Shown piece after piece: positions 39,692 through 52,690 of a stretch of 64,000 nucleotides of DNA (its first letter is position 1; every line of letters begins with the position of its first letter). Source of the DNA: Adineta vaga. Lineage: Eukaryota; Animalia; Rotifera. The position numbers and the translations under genes are program-made. Location of the stretch: assembly GCA_021613535.1 (NCBI GenBank), contig CP075494.1, positions 8,866,001 to 8,930,000 of the forward strand. The letters are read 5' to 3'. Below the pieces are notes generated by a model. That model was given only the letters and a program-made list of their open reading frames with translations. It searched no databases and was not told the DNA's origin.

Positions 39692-40483
39692 GAATATATG
39701 TTTTAAAAAAATGATATGATTAAAAGAATGAACACGATATACTGTTCAAAAATTAACGGTCGATCTATTTAAAGAACAAGAAAGAAAGAAAGAAAGAGAC
39801 TGGATATTGAAATAGTCAAATGAATAAAGAATGCATTCATTTTGACTAACTTTCCAAACACAATTTTATTTCGAATAGTTTTTATTAGTATAGTATAACA
39901 AAACATTTTAGTTCATAATAAGAATTATCATTCACTGAACAATAAACTTTATTTTAAAATCATAAAAAGTAACTGAAACAAATAGATTGTATATTTAATA
40001 TTAGAATAAGATTCAATTAAATGAATATTTATACACCATTTCTTTTTTTTTTGTAATTGTAGTTTAAAATAATTATAGTATTACAAAGTTCATTTCGTGA
40101 TTCGATCGATGTAAAGCAATGGAAGATCTGCTGAATGTCTGCAAAATTGACGGAATGTTAAAAACATAACATCGAAAGAAAAATATCTATTTGCTCGATT
40201 TTTCTATTATCGTAAGGGCATGACGTGTACACAGTTAGTCAGTATTTCAATATCAATTGAATTGACTGCGTGACATATGTTGCTATTCTTATTTCAGAAA
40301 AATAAATATACCCACGAGATGCTTGTTCGCCTTTGGATTAAGATATGTCCGTCATTTTAACCTTTCTATACCTTTTAATTATTGTATGTTGTTAATTCTT
40401 ATAATACATTTATTTTTGATTAAATGCCTTTGAATATCTATGTTTTATGATAAAAGAGAAAGATTCGTAGTCAAAACTTATAT

Positions 40484-41440
40484 TTAATTCGAAGTCCAGG
40501 TCAACCGTTGTATGGTTGTTCGAATAATTTGAACGAATCTTACTCGAAATATATCTCCTGTAAGTACATATAAACAAAATGGTATACAAGCAGGCGTATA
40601 ACTAAGAAGAAGAGCAATATTGAAAAGAAGGTTTTCAATTGCGATTTGTATCGATGATTTGTAATTATAAAATGTATATGTTGTATAAAATTTTTGTATT
40701 GCTTGAGGAAGATTAAAGATTGTTAGTAGAATAATTTGTAGGAATAACATTTTTGTTAGACCTCTATCGGCTTTTCTACGTCTTGATAAGACAGGAATAA
40801 TCGATAATGGTACTATTCGACGAGCTTGACGTATATTTTTAATAGTACATAGACCGAATATCATCATGATAGCTGATGAAATGATTGTTGTAAAAAATGC
40901 TTGTGATAAATCATTAAATATACGACAAAAGTCTGATTTTGCATAGCATTTCAATGGCGTACCAACAAGATTTGCATCAAAACAATATAATGTTTCAGCC
41001 CAAAATATAACAGATACAAGAAAAACTAGAATAATCAAACGAATTGCTTGTTTTCTATTACTCTTTCGTCGTGTATTGGCATCAGGTGATGAGACCAAAT
41101 ACCGATCGATTGCAGCACAAACCAGCAACCATGAAGAAATGTTACGTGCTGTTAATAAGATAAATAGTCGACTTGTACAGAGTAATGGTTGTGTTTCAGT
41201 TTGATCGGCAAGTATATTCCAACTGTTTAACATACGTGGAGGAATTCCTGATATAAGAATGATAATATTTGAAATACTTGCTATTAAAAAATACAGAACA
41301 CATGGTTGTGTACGAAGTGCTCGTTGATTGAATACGAGACAACATGATAGATTACTAATGATTCCAAATAGAAGCAATATAATAGAGAGATAACGATTTA
41401 TTTGTAATGTTGCATATCGAATTTGATCGATATTCACCAT
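40484..41440 (-). CDS. Intronless class A GPCR (lineage-expanded orphan family)
   Basis: 318 aa, 7TM; GIISN, PCVLYF, AAIDRY, KMLFLQ and PFCLYVLTGDIFR. Confidence 0.9.
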   Translation of the reverse strand: MVNIDQIRYATLQINRYLSIILLLFGIISNLSCCLVFNQRALRTQPCVLYFLIASISNIIILISGIPPRMLNSWNILADQTETQPLLCTSRLFILLTARNISSWLLVCAAIDRYLVSSPDANTRRKSNRKQAIRLIILVFLVSVIFWAETLYCFDANLVGTPLKCYAKSDFCRIFNDLSQAFFTTIISSAIMMIFGLCTIKNIRQARRIVPLSIIPVLSRRRKADRGLTKMLFLQIILLTIFNLPQAIQKFYTTYTFYNYKSSIQIAIENLLFNIALLLSYTPACIPFCLYVLTGDIFRVRFVQIIRTTIQRLTWTSN

Positions 41441-42306
41441 CGTTTTATATGTTAAATACTATTTTTTTCTCTAGAATGACCAACTAGAGATTTTCTAATA
41501 AGAACATAAACCTTTGTATGAGATGTTAATATGACAAGAACGGTAACTTTTCTGAAAAAGAATTAAAAAAAGAAAGAGGCTTTATTCACTTCTGTATTTT
41601 TCGGATTTTTTTCTCAAAAATATTTAAAACATTTTACTAGATTAATAGATCATCCATTGTTTATTACCAGATATGAAAAAAAAAGAATGTTCTTATCGTA
41701 ATTTTGAAGTCAATATAAGAAGTCAGCGAAAAATTATTTCATAATTAATGTTTAATAAATGTATGATCTCAAAATATCATACATACTGTTCTGTCGACTC
41801 TAATTCTTCAGAGATGAATAGAGGACTATTCAGTAATCCTATCGAGTCATACTCTTTAATTTAAAAATGGATACAATATCATACTTTCAGATGCGAACAG
41901 CATCATATTAATAAAAGTAAACCTTTGTTTTCTTGCATAAAGATCTGTAGATGACTTCATATAACTGTATTAATATTATAGTTCTGTTTATTAAGTATTC
42001 AAATCTTTCGTGATAATAAATGAGGATGTATCGATAGAAAAAAAAAGAGTGAGACAATCTCAAATCTAATGAAAAGGTTATAACTGATATTTTCAGTTGA
42101 TCATTGAATTTATCGTTATAAGACAAAATATGAAAGAAAAAAATATATTATGAAAACAAACTGTTCTCGAGCGACCTCTGTTCACATTTATCTTTATTGA
42201 TTCTCACTGGTGACTTTGCCATTCAAATAGCTATCCATACCTTTTTTTTTATTTGTTTGAAATTACTGAATTTGTGATCGTATTGTTGAAATTTTGTTAG
42301 TGAACT

Positions 42307-43367
42307 ATGGCTAATTCCACATCATCTGCAGTAGTTCTTCATCATTCAAATTCTGCTCACGGTCATCAGGCACCACCGGATGTTGTGGTTGATGCGTTAC
42401 CGTATTATGATAGTGGATATGAGGAACCTGGTGTACGTGAAGCTGTAAGTTATTTATACTTCTTTTTCGTATTGTTTCTTGCGAACGATGGATATATTTT
42501 ATTTTAGGCTCTTAGTTTAGTTGAAGATGAAACACGTCGTTATAAACCAACAAAAAATTACTTAGAACAACTCGGCCAACCTCTATATCATTCATTTGAG
42601 GTAATTTCAGTTGAAAAATGTCATTACAAATTTCATCTCTGATATTCTTATTTAATAGACAGAAATTATGAAAACAGAATTCGAACGTCTTTCCAATCAA
42701 TTACCAATGGAAATGTTGAGCATGAAACGGTAATACAATCAACATATTTTCTAATAATACTCATTTTCTTCTTCTTCTTCTAGTTATGAATTACCAACTC
42801 CACCATCTGGTAAACAAACAGATTTTCAAGCCTGGAATGAATGTGTAGAAAATTCCTATGCTCAACTTGAACATCAACAAACACGGTAATTGAACATATA
42901 TAGAAATGTATCATTCAAAGAAACAATCTTATTTATTTAGTATTATGAATCTTGAATTAATGTGGGATTACGGAGCAAATACATGGAAGATTTATAATAC
43001 TACATTACAAACTATGTTAGAACAAGCTCAAAAACAATTATTAGAATTTCGGTAAGTTATCTTTAAAAGATTTTTTTAGTTTTCTCATATTCATTTGTTT
43101 TGATATTAGAAAACATATCCAAGAAATCAATTTCAATCGTAAAGATGAACAAACACGAGCAGGAAGTAAATTAAGTACACTTGAACAAACGTAAGTTGTT
43201 TGAATAATGTTTTTACGTGATGATAGTCTTGTGTTTTTGTATTTAGCTGGGTTGGTTTAGTTGGAAAGAATTATGAAATTGAATGTGCTATTGTTGAATT
43301 AGAAAAAGAAGTTGGAAATTTACGAAAACAACAAAAATCAAATGGAGTTACATCAACTGAACATTAA
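42307..43367 (+). CDS. BCAS2: Pre-mRNA splicing factor SPF27/BCAS2, 7 exons
   Basis: [63 protein letters not shown] and [12 protein letters not shown] after splicing. Stop 43365-43367. Confidence 0.95.
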
Positions 43368-43517
43368 TGATGATCAAGGAGAAAGAATCGAATCTGTTTT
43401 TGTAAATTTTCTGTTTTTTTTGTTAACACTTCTGAATTAAAAAGAAAGAGAGAGAGAATTTGATTGGAAACATCCATCGAGTATCCATAGGCAATTTGTA
43501 TTGTAGATACATATGCA

Positions 43518-44045
43518 ATGATACGGTTTGGTTGGATAAATAGTCTTCTCGGTGGTTTTCTCATATCTATATCTTGTCCATGTTGTTTCCTGCAAGTGCT
43601 TCTTAATCTATTCGGTATCGGTTGCGCTGGATTGAATACTATTCTTGTTCCTTATCGACCGATATTCATTTCATTAACTGTAATTTCCTTAACTTATTCA
43701 TATATTCGTTATCGTCCATCGAAACTTCATTTTATGATCGTGTTGATATTCACATTAGGTTTGTCATTTTCACCAGAGATTCTTCAAATGTATAAAAATC
43801 CATCGGTAACTAATATTCTATTGGATGACAATGTTATTATTACACATTGGCAAATTGTCGGCATGCATTGTGAATCATGTCGATCAACTGCTGTTCGAGT
43901 ATTACAAAAAATCGATGGAATTCTAGATGCTAATGTTGATCTCGATACTGGTCAAGCTGATGTAATCTCACGTGTCCATATCGAAGATGATATAATCATT
44001 CAAGGTATACAATCAGTTGGATTTCAAATTTATAAAATTGTTTGA
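43518..44045 (+). CDS. MerT-like three-TM heavy-metal transporter fused to a C-terminal HMA (MerP/CopZ-like) domain, intronless
   Basis: TM1 has a vicinal CC (SCPCC), then LVPYRPIFI (MerT has ASACC...LEPYRPIFI), a third TM, and an HMA domain GMHCESC...LQKIDGILDANVDLDTGQADV...IQSVGF. Confidence 0.85.
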   Translation: MIRFGWINSLLGGFLISISCPCCFLQVLLNLFGIGCAGLNTILVPYRPIFISLTVISLTYSYIRYRPSKLHFMIVLIFTLGLSFSPEILQMYKNPSVTNILLDDNVIITHWQIVGMHCESCRSTAVRVLQKIDGILDANVDLDTGQADVISRVHIEDDIIIQGIQSVGFQIYKIV

Positions 44046-44446
44046 AATACGTATTCTTATCTAGTTGAAATTTGTATTCGTATATACATTTTCAATTTAA
44101 TGAATCAATACAATTAAATTCAATCATAGAATATTCTATAATCAAGTATAAAATTATTTCTCGTTAAGAAATAGGTTGATCTGTCGTAGCAGACCGCATT
44201 GACCTCAGCTAGTAACGCAGATCAATGCGTGGTGATAAGGTAATTCTATGTCACGATACATAATTAATGGCAGATGAAATTAATTTGATGCTGATATAAA
44301 CGTAGAATGTTGTATTTAAAAGCTAAAATTGAATCGAAAATACTCTCGTAAAAACCTAAAATTCTGTTTAATATTGACCGAGATTCACTAATTATTAAAC
44401 ATTCCGCAAATATTTATTTTTTCTTACATTCAAAATCTATTGACTA

Positions 44447-46003
44447 TTAACATGAGGATGATGCAAGTTGCCATTTTCTATATGGTCTTACTAAATGATC
44501 TGAGGATATCTGTTCCATTGGATTTGTACAAACGTGCATTTTATTCGAAGAGGAATGTACTTCTTTTGTTTTCTTTCGTAAATATACAAGATAAAGTAAT
44601 GGTGATGTAAGAAATATTAGAACTACAGCTGCTAATACAAATATTGCAAAAATAACAGGTGATAAAACACCTAATTCAACGCCAACATTAAGTACAACTA
44701 ATTGAACAATACCACGAGTATTCATTAAAATACCAACAGCAATAGCATACGACCATGTTTGTGTTTTTCGTGTGACTAATCTTGTCATTAATGTAACAGG
44801 CACTATCTTAGCAATTGAAATAATAAAAAATAAACTAACAAATGTATACCATGTCTGAATAGTATTCAACATATAGAGATGAGTTTTTAAACCCGAATTA
44901 GTAAAATAAAGTGGAAGGAAAAATTCAATACACAATAATTCAATTCGAACAGCTAAAAAATCATGTAAACTTGATCCTTTCATCTTTCGAGGAATAATTA
45001 AACCTGCGATAAAAGCACCAAAAAATGCATGAATATGAATTACTTCACTTGCGAATGATGCTACAAGCAATATCAAAACACAAGTGATGACCAAATAAAT
45101 ATTATGTTCATCATTTCGATGAAAATAATAACGATGTAGAAGAGAAAGTAATGGACGGACGATAATAAACATAACCAAGAGAAACGCAATTGTTAATAAA
45201 AGAGTATAGAGACCTTCAATTGATGGACCACCTTTACTCAAAGCAGTAGCAACAGCTAATATCATCCATACGACAATATCTTCAATTGCAGCAATACTAA
45301 TTGTTAGAACACCTTGATAAATAATACAAGTCATACAATCGAAGAAAATAAAAGAAATAGTTTTCAAACTAATACGAACCAAGTGGTGTATTGATAATAT
45401 TTGTAGCTTGTAAAATCGAAGCTAAAACCGGAAATGCTGAAAAACCAATACCTGAACCTAAATGACGAAGTGACAAATAATGAAAGCATATATAGTAGAT
45501 ATTCTTCTACCAATAAATAGAATAAACGAAGATTTATCAACACCTGGTGTTGCCATTTGATAGAGCCATAAACCAGTTATACATCCGATACCAACTGGAA
45601 TGATAATACTCGCTGAAGCAATTGGTAACGTTTGCCGCCATCCTTGTCGAATTTCATTAGGATCCATTTTAAGTCCAAGATAAAACATGAAAAATATTAA
45701 GCCTAATGACGCTACTAATTGAAGTGAGTCTAATGTATGTGATGCAAATAGAAATGAACTAAAACCAGGTATAAAACCTAATGCACTAGGTCCTAAAATA
45801 ATACCAGCTAGAATTTGTCCAATAACAGCAGGTTGATGAATAAATGATAGAACTTTCCCTAATATTTTACATAGAATTAATGTGAAAGACACTTGAAGAA
45901 GAAAAACAGCAAGAAGATCTTCACGTGGATCTTCAAAGATAGTTCTTCGATGTGGTACTGTTGATAAAAAACGTTGCTGGAGCACAGCATCGAAAAAGTA
46001 CAT
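44447..46003 (-). CDS. CPA2 cation/H+ antiporter of KHA1/CHX type, 3 exons
   Basis: QPAVIGQILAGIILGPSALG, GLIFFMFYLGL, SAFPVLASIL (middle exon), HAFFGAFIAGLIIP, FFLPLYFTNSGLKT and GILMNTRGIVQLVVLNVG. Confidence 0.92.
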
Positions 46004-47743
46004 TTTTTTGTCAATGATTTGAATGAAAATGAAAGACCAACATTACAAATAAAATCCTTGACAAAAAAAAATGAACGAAAGGCGAATAATCATTTCTCTT
46101 TCTCTCTCTCTCTCTTTTACGCCCTCCAACTCATTCTCAGTTCTGATTCTGTTTATTTAATGATATTGATGAAGGACTTTGAGTGTACATGTTTCAGATG
46201 AAAAATGTGTCATTATCACGGCAATCGCGACCTCTGTTGTACATATACATGAATATTTGCAATACTGGTTGTTCTTGAGTGTCAATATACTCGATATATG
46301 TATTGACAATATACTCGTCTTACGTCATCATCTGCTAAGAGATGAATTCATTGGTGCGACCTACGCATAAAATGTCATATATATGTATGTATGTGTCTAA
46401 TAGACATCCATCCATATTTGATATTTGTTATTTTTTCTCTTCGTTTTCGTAAATAATAATAAGTTATTTTCGGACTGTTTGCAAAGTGAATGATAACTTA
46501 TCATATATTAATACAGAATTATTCAAGCGTATGAAAATATTTGTGTGTATTCTTCTTCTAACCATTATATTCAAATGGTTGAGGTGTTATTTCTAACGGA
46601 GGACATATTTATATCGATCTATATTGTCTTTGATTAATTTTGATCGATAATCATTCTTAAAATAACTTTTAGATCAAATTATTTTTTTGTTATTTTGAAA
46701 TAATTTATTCTGTGATATATCTCAAATTACTTTCTACGTATATGTATCGACTTAAATTACAGTCAATGGAATAGAAGACTGTATGACGTGAATATACATT
46801 GACTTAATCATTTTCAAAATGATACATTTGATTCTTACACGTAGTCATTTATTATTATTATTGGAATTCTTTATTTTGTTCACTAGTCAATGTCTTTTCA
46901 ATAAGCAATATACTTGTATGGCTCTTCGTTTTCTTGAAGGTAAATGAATTCTTTTCTATTTTTTGTAAGAGACAAAACGACTAAGAAGTATATTTTATTA
47001 TATTGAATTTTCTCCTCCCTTCTCTTTGACGTTAATTATAAACAATCATTAACGTTTTATTAAAGCATTTCAACGATTGTGAATATAGATCGAAGTATTC
47101 TGCCGACGACTAGCAAATTTTTCTCTTTCTCTTTTTCGACGAAGCAGAAAAACATCGTCCGACTAACTTATTTTCTAATGATAAAACTACAATTGAAGAT
47201 ATGCACAGATAGAAAAAATATAATCAAGCAACTATTTTTAGATGATAAATATGAGCTTTGAAAAATAATGTTTAGTTCTAATTTTTCATTTGAAGACAAT
47301 TCTAATAATAAACTAATCTTATCGTTTTCCTATAGAACGTCGAGTATTAGGTTGTTCAAGTATGCATTAAAGAACGAGCGAGTCTTGTTGTTGCCTACAA
47401 AGAGAAGTTTTTCCTTCATTTTTTTTCCTTCATCTCATATTCGCCAGAAATGCACGAGTATTTTTCTTCCGCTATATAGTTTAGATGATGAACGCCATCA
47501 TCGTCGCCCAGAAAAAAAAGAAACAAAAGATCGGGGGGAAAAACGAGCGAAGAAAAAAAAGAATTCCTCTTATAGAGAAAATATTCTGAACAAAAACAAG
47601 AACACTAGCGAGCGACTTCCACACGCTGACAACGACAGTAGAGTATTTTGTGTGTGTGACCCAACATACACGCATGCGACGTTACCGGTGAAGAAATTGT
47701 TAGTACTGAAATATTCTATAAATATATACATACGTTCATAAAC

Positions 47744-50211
47744 ATGAGAATATTTGTGAGTAACCACGTTGTTCTTGTACTCCTTGTTGTGACAACAGCC
47801 GTTGACGCTTCGCGTATCTTCTATCTTCCCTTACCCAAAATTCATTCATCAAAACAAAATATACAAGAACCGCCGAACTTCGTAGAAGAAGCGCCTAAAA
47901 AACAAATCAGCGATGAATTTATACCACCATCAGCAATGGAACAAGAAGAGATCGAAAGTAATATTTTCTATTGTTTGTAAAAACTTTTAATTTTATTTTA
48001 TCGATAACAAAATAGTTAGAAAAAAAAAACAATGCAATACTTCATTGCATGCTAGGAAACCCAGAAGAGAAAAAGAAAAGACCGACTTTTTTTTCTTCGC
48101 CATAGAACTATAACTTAAGCTGATCATAGATGAGAAGAGAAAAGCAAACTATTACTTCTTTATTTGGAATGTGCATCAAATTAATCTTTAATGGCAATGT
48201 ACGTTTTTCTTTTCTATAGAACGAGGAGATACTTTCGATTGGGAACAACTGATCGATAAAGAAGCAGCAATAAAACGTCGAATAACCGTCAATGAACTTT
48301 TGCCTGGTAAGAAAAATAGTTTTATATATTATCAAAGCTTTGTTGATTTCTGATTTACTTATAGAAAGTGTTAAACAGTTGAGTGAACGATACCCATCAG
48401 ATGTATTGATGGAAAGTAAAGCAACTGATGAAATTCAAAGAGATAATTCGTTCAGTAAAATTTCTGAAACTTTTCACGAGAATGTTCTGGAAGAACCATG
48501 GCTTGGAGGCAGTGTCAATGGACGAGCTGAACGTTTACAAACGAATGCTGCTTTGAACTCTGGAGACAGAAGACAACGACGTAATGATACATTATTTTTC
48601 GGTAAGTTCCTGTCAACATGGAAGTTATATAATTGAATTTCTATTTGATCAAAAAGAAAACATCGGCGTGTTAAAAGAAAAGTTCATAGGACAACAGATT
48701 GGTAACATCTGTGCTTTCAAATATAATAAGTGTGATGAATGAATGGTTGACATGTGATAAAGTTTATCGTGTCACTAAAGATCTGCCGGAAATTTGATCT
48801 TAACAAAGCATATGCTGTAGTTTTTGAGGATATGATTAAAATTCGATTCATAACAACGAACGAGATCTTCTATAATATATCAAATATATAAGATGAGAGG
48901 ATTTATTTGTAATTAATATTGTTAGATAAAAAAAAAGTTTATATAGAATTTTACCAGGTCTTCAGAAAAGTTCTTATTCGACCAGTTTCATCATTAACAA
49001 AGATTATATATATATCAGATGAAAAAGAAACTGCTAATTAATTAAAAATAACTATTATTATGCTGAAAAACTCTGGATAGAAATATAATATGATATAGTA
49101 TTTATGAATCCGGTTTTGTTTTTCTTTAGTGATTGTTGGAACATGTTGCATGATTGGTGTAGTAGGTCTTGTGGCGGCAACAATTTTTTGGTACAAGTAA
49201 GTAATTTATATATAAATTTTTCATAGAAATAAAAACGATTCACACTTTATACGCGAACTAGTGCGCTTCTTTGTAATAAGCTGAAAGCAACATTAGACAG
49301 AACACTTAGTGATAAGAATATAAACAGCGAATGGCTGGATAAAAGAAGGAAGTTTCCTGACATAACAGAACCAAAAAATAGTCATGACTGCATTTATATT
49401 ATGGGCGTTATCGAAGGCAACTACATTGAACCTTTGTTCTCATTTTAAAAGAATATTAATTTTTTAATTGTTTCTAGTAGCATATTTTATAGACAAAAAA
49501 GTAATTTAATTAATTTAAAGTACTTTCTACAATAAATGGGATGAAATAAAAGTGTTCAGGATTCAGGTCAAATAATGAGTTTTAAGTATATTAACTATTA
49601 AATATGAATGAGTGAATAAGAATCTACCAGTCTGACAAAAGTCATAGAATTGAATATACAATAATCATGTTTCCTTTTGCATAGAATTCAAAAGAGAGCA
49701 AGAGATGCTGCTGATGTTGAATATCCATCATACGGTGTTACAGGACCGAATTCAACTGGTGGTAAGATATCACCAAGCTCGACTATGTCGGATCGAAAAT
49801 TGGCTCAAAGTGCACAAATGTTTCATTATCAACAACAACGTCAACAAATGATGGCACAAGAAAAGTATATTCTATTGAATTTTATTACAAAAAATTTTGT
49901 TTTTTTTATCTTACAGAGATCTTCTTGACGCAAAAGCAAATCATTCAGACGATTCAGATGACGAAGCACCAGGTGGAGGAGACTATACCGTTTATGAATG
50001 CCCTGGTTTGGCTCCAGTATGTATAAATTCTAGACTTCTTTCAAATATTAGTTGAAAAATTTTCTTTTTTGTTTCGTATTTACAGACAGGCGAAATGGAA
50101 GTACGTAATCCATTATTTACTGAGCCCGACTCATCAATCATAATACCACCAAATAACACCCATTATTCTCAACTATCAACATCACCACCAAAAGAAAAAT
50201 CATTGCCATGA
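47744..50211 (+). CDS. NPDC1: NPDC1/CAB-1-like type I membrane protein, 6 exons
   Basis: Signal peptide, TM micro-exon (~49130-49196), then YPSYGVTGP, DRKLAQSAQMFHYQQQRQQM and DYTVYECPGLAPTGEMEVRNPLF. Stop 50209-50211. Confidence 0.9.
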
Positions 50212-51735
50212 AAAGATGCCTCACATTAAAAAAATTCCTCAATCTTCTCCTTGGTGATCGGTCGTCATTTTTGCTTTCTCTTTTTTCTTCTTTTTGCGTC
50301 CATCTGTTGACAGCAATGTATATGGATAAAAAATCTCGTTCAATAATCTCTATTTTCTTTTATGAATAGCAATCATAATGACTATTTTTTTCTCCTTCTT
50401 GAAGAAAATAAAAAAGAAACAGTGAATCGATCATCACATTAGATTATCTATTGCTCTTTATAGCGCCACTTTCTGATATCATGAATCAGATCTAAATTGA
50501 TGACTGTTGTAGATAACATCATCTTTTCACGTACTCAAAGTGACGTACGATAGAAAAGAACACAACCATTGAATTACTCTGAAGCAGATTAAGAATTATA
50601 TCACGGTCGACATCTTTCAAGCGTAGGCAACGACGCATATTCAAACTACGTAATCTCTTTTTCCTGCACTTTTAGATTGCATCCACAGAGAAAACCTCTA
50701 TAGGACTAAATCTTTATTTGTCAAAACAGGAAATATTTTTCTAAAACATGTTACGTTATGAATATCAGTCGTTTCAAATAGAAATTGCCGAGTTCAACAA
50801 ATCTGTTAATGTTTTCCTTATATATAGAATATAGTGGAGTTCAAAAATATTTACATTTTCGTTTTCATTCAAGTAACATATTTCCTGAAACGGTTGATTT
50901 TTCTATATAGTCAACAGTTGTTCAGTGAAGTATAATGTTCTCGTAAGAGATATGTCATTAACTGAGATCTAATGCGATGAATAATGGATTATATATATAT
51001 ATATCAAAAAATGTTTTTATAAGAGAAAAACAACAGTTATATTATATTTAATATACATGCAAAATTCGAACTGAGGCACGTCTGAATATGACTGCTTGTC
51101 AAAGGCACTGTCCAAAACAGATACTTCTTAAAATATGTTGTCAAGTTTGTTAAATAAATTCATTTAGAAAACGAACAGCTCGAATTCCTATTAATAGCAT
51201 ATTAAGACACTGATAACTTCTCAAAAGAATATAGAAACGATGACAAACGATTATTCTGTGTATATATCTATCACTGCTGAATGCATTAGAACGCTTATCA
51301 ATGAAATAAAGCCTCTATTTCCGTAAATATCAAATACATATATGGCACCACGAATGTAAAGAAATCTCTCAAACAATTTAGACTAACGAAGTGTGTTATA
51401 ATTCTATCAGAACTACTTCTTATTGTATATGTTTACCCAGAATACTCTATCTTTAAATGAATCATCTCTTTGTGTTATCTTGTTTTCCTAATAAGATCCA
51501 CATCCACTATAGTAATCGCTTTTATCATTAATATTTATCCATTTCAAGCAGTTATCCATAGAGATTCCTACTCTTTAGATATCATGTCATTACAAGTGTT
51601 GATGTTAGTTTTTACTGATCTAGGTTTCATATTTATTATTTATCATAAATTAAGATGAATGATGCAAATAAAAAATCTTCCACACAAGTACACAGCATGC
51701 ACACATTTAAGATATAGTTTTGTCAAGCGATTGAA

Positions 51736-52690
51736 CTATTTGGGTTTAGCACAAAAACCAGCTGTTTGATTATTACATAGGTTTTCATAACAACATAAAT
51801 AATGTTTAGCATCGCATTTAAGATTTTTGTCTAATGATTCACCAAATCCGAAACCACCACGAGCAACAGCAGCGCCTGTTTTTGGATCAAATTTCTATGT
51901 TAGAAAAGAAGATATAAAGCGTTTATGAAATTGAATCAGATGCACTCTTCTTTTTCCTTACTGTGTAACAGTATAAGTTCTTGGCACCAAAAGCACCAGA
52001 TGTACGAATTTCAGCTCCATCAAGTTTCTCTGGTTTGCAAGCTTCAGCACCTTTACATTGATAACATGCTTTGACTTCTTTCTTCGGTGTCACTTTGGCT
52101 AAATTAACAATAATGTCTCTAATCATACAATACAAAATATATACGAACCAGCTGGTGGACATGGAGCTTTGGCATGTTTATTACAAAACGCTGTTCTGCA
52201 ACAGACATGAAAACGATCTCGACATTTAAAATTTTTGTCGTATGTTTCACCAAGTCCAAACGCACCTCGTTTTACAACAGCACCCGATTCATTAAATCTC
52301 TGAAAATAAAAAGAATACACTAGAATTATAACATATGAGAAGCTAATTAGATATATACAAACTATATATCAAAGTAGTGAAAGAGACATATTTTAAATCA
52401 AGTATTTTACCGTATAACATGTTAAAACAGCAGCACCAAATGCTCTTGATGTCTTTGTAGCATATTTCTCGAATGGGACACCATTACATTTAGTAATTTT
52501 TTCACCATAAAATTTTAATTTGCTTGATGGGTTTTTATCGTCGCATTGATAACAGATCTTAGCTCTACACAAATCAAATTGCACTATAGTCACTATAATT
52601 AACAATAGCAAAGTAAAAATTTTTAATATTTTATTAGTAATAAAGCTTACAGTAAAGAAAGATAGCGACGACAGTAAGTTTGGATAGCAT
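51736..52690 (-). CDS. Secreted protein with two tandem three-finger (Ly6/uPAR-like) domains, 5 exons
   Basis: Signal MLSKLTVVAIFLYLTIVQFDLCRA. Domain 1 is CYQC...CYT..KRG...C...CCRTAFCN and domain 2 is CYQC...CYT..ARG...C...CCYENLCN. The protein ends AGFCAKPK* with no GPI or TM tail. Confidence 0.78.

Noticed and set aside
47268-47741. 157-aa ORF upstream of NPDC1
   Set aside because: It is low-complexity promoter/5' UTR sequence with A-runs and no domain features.
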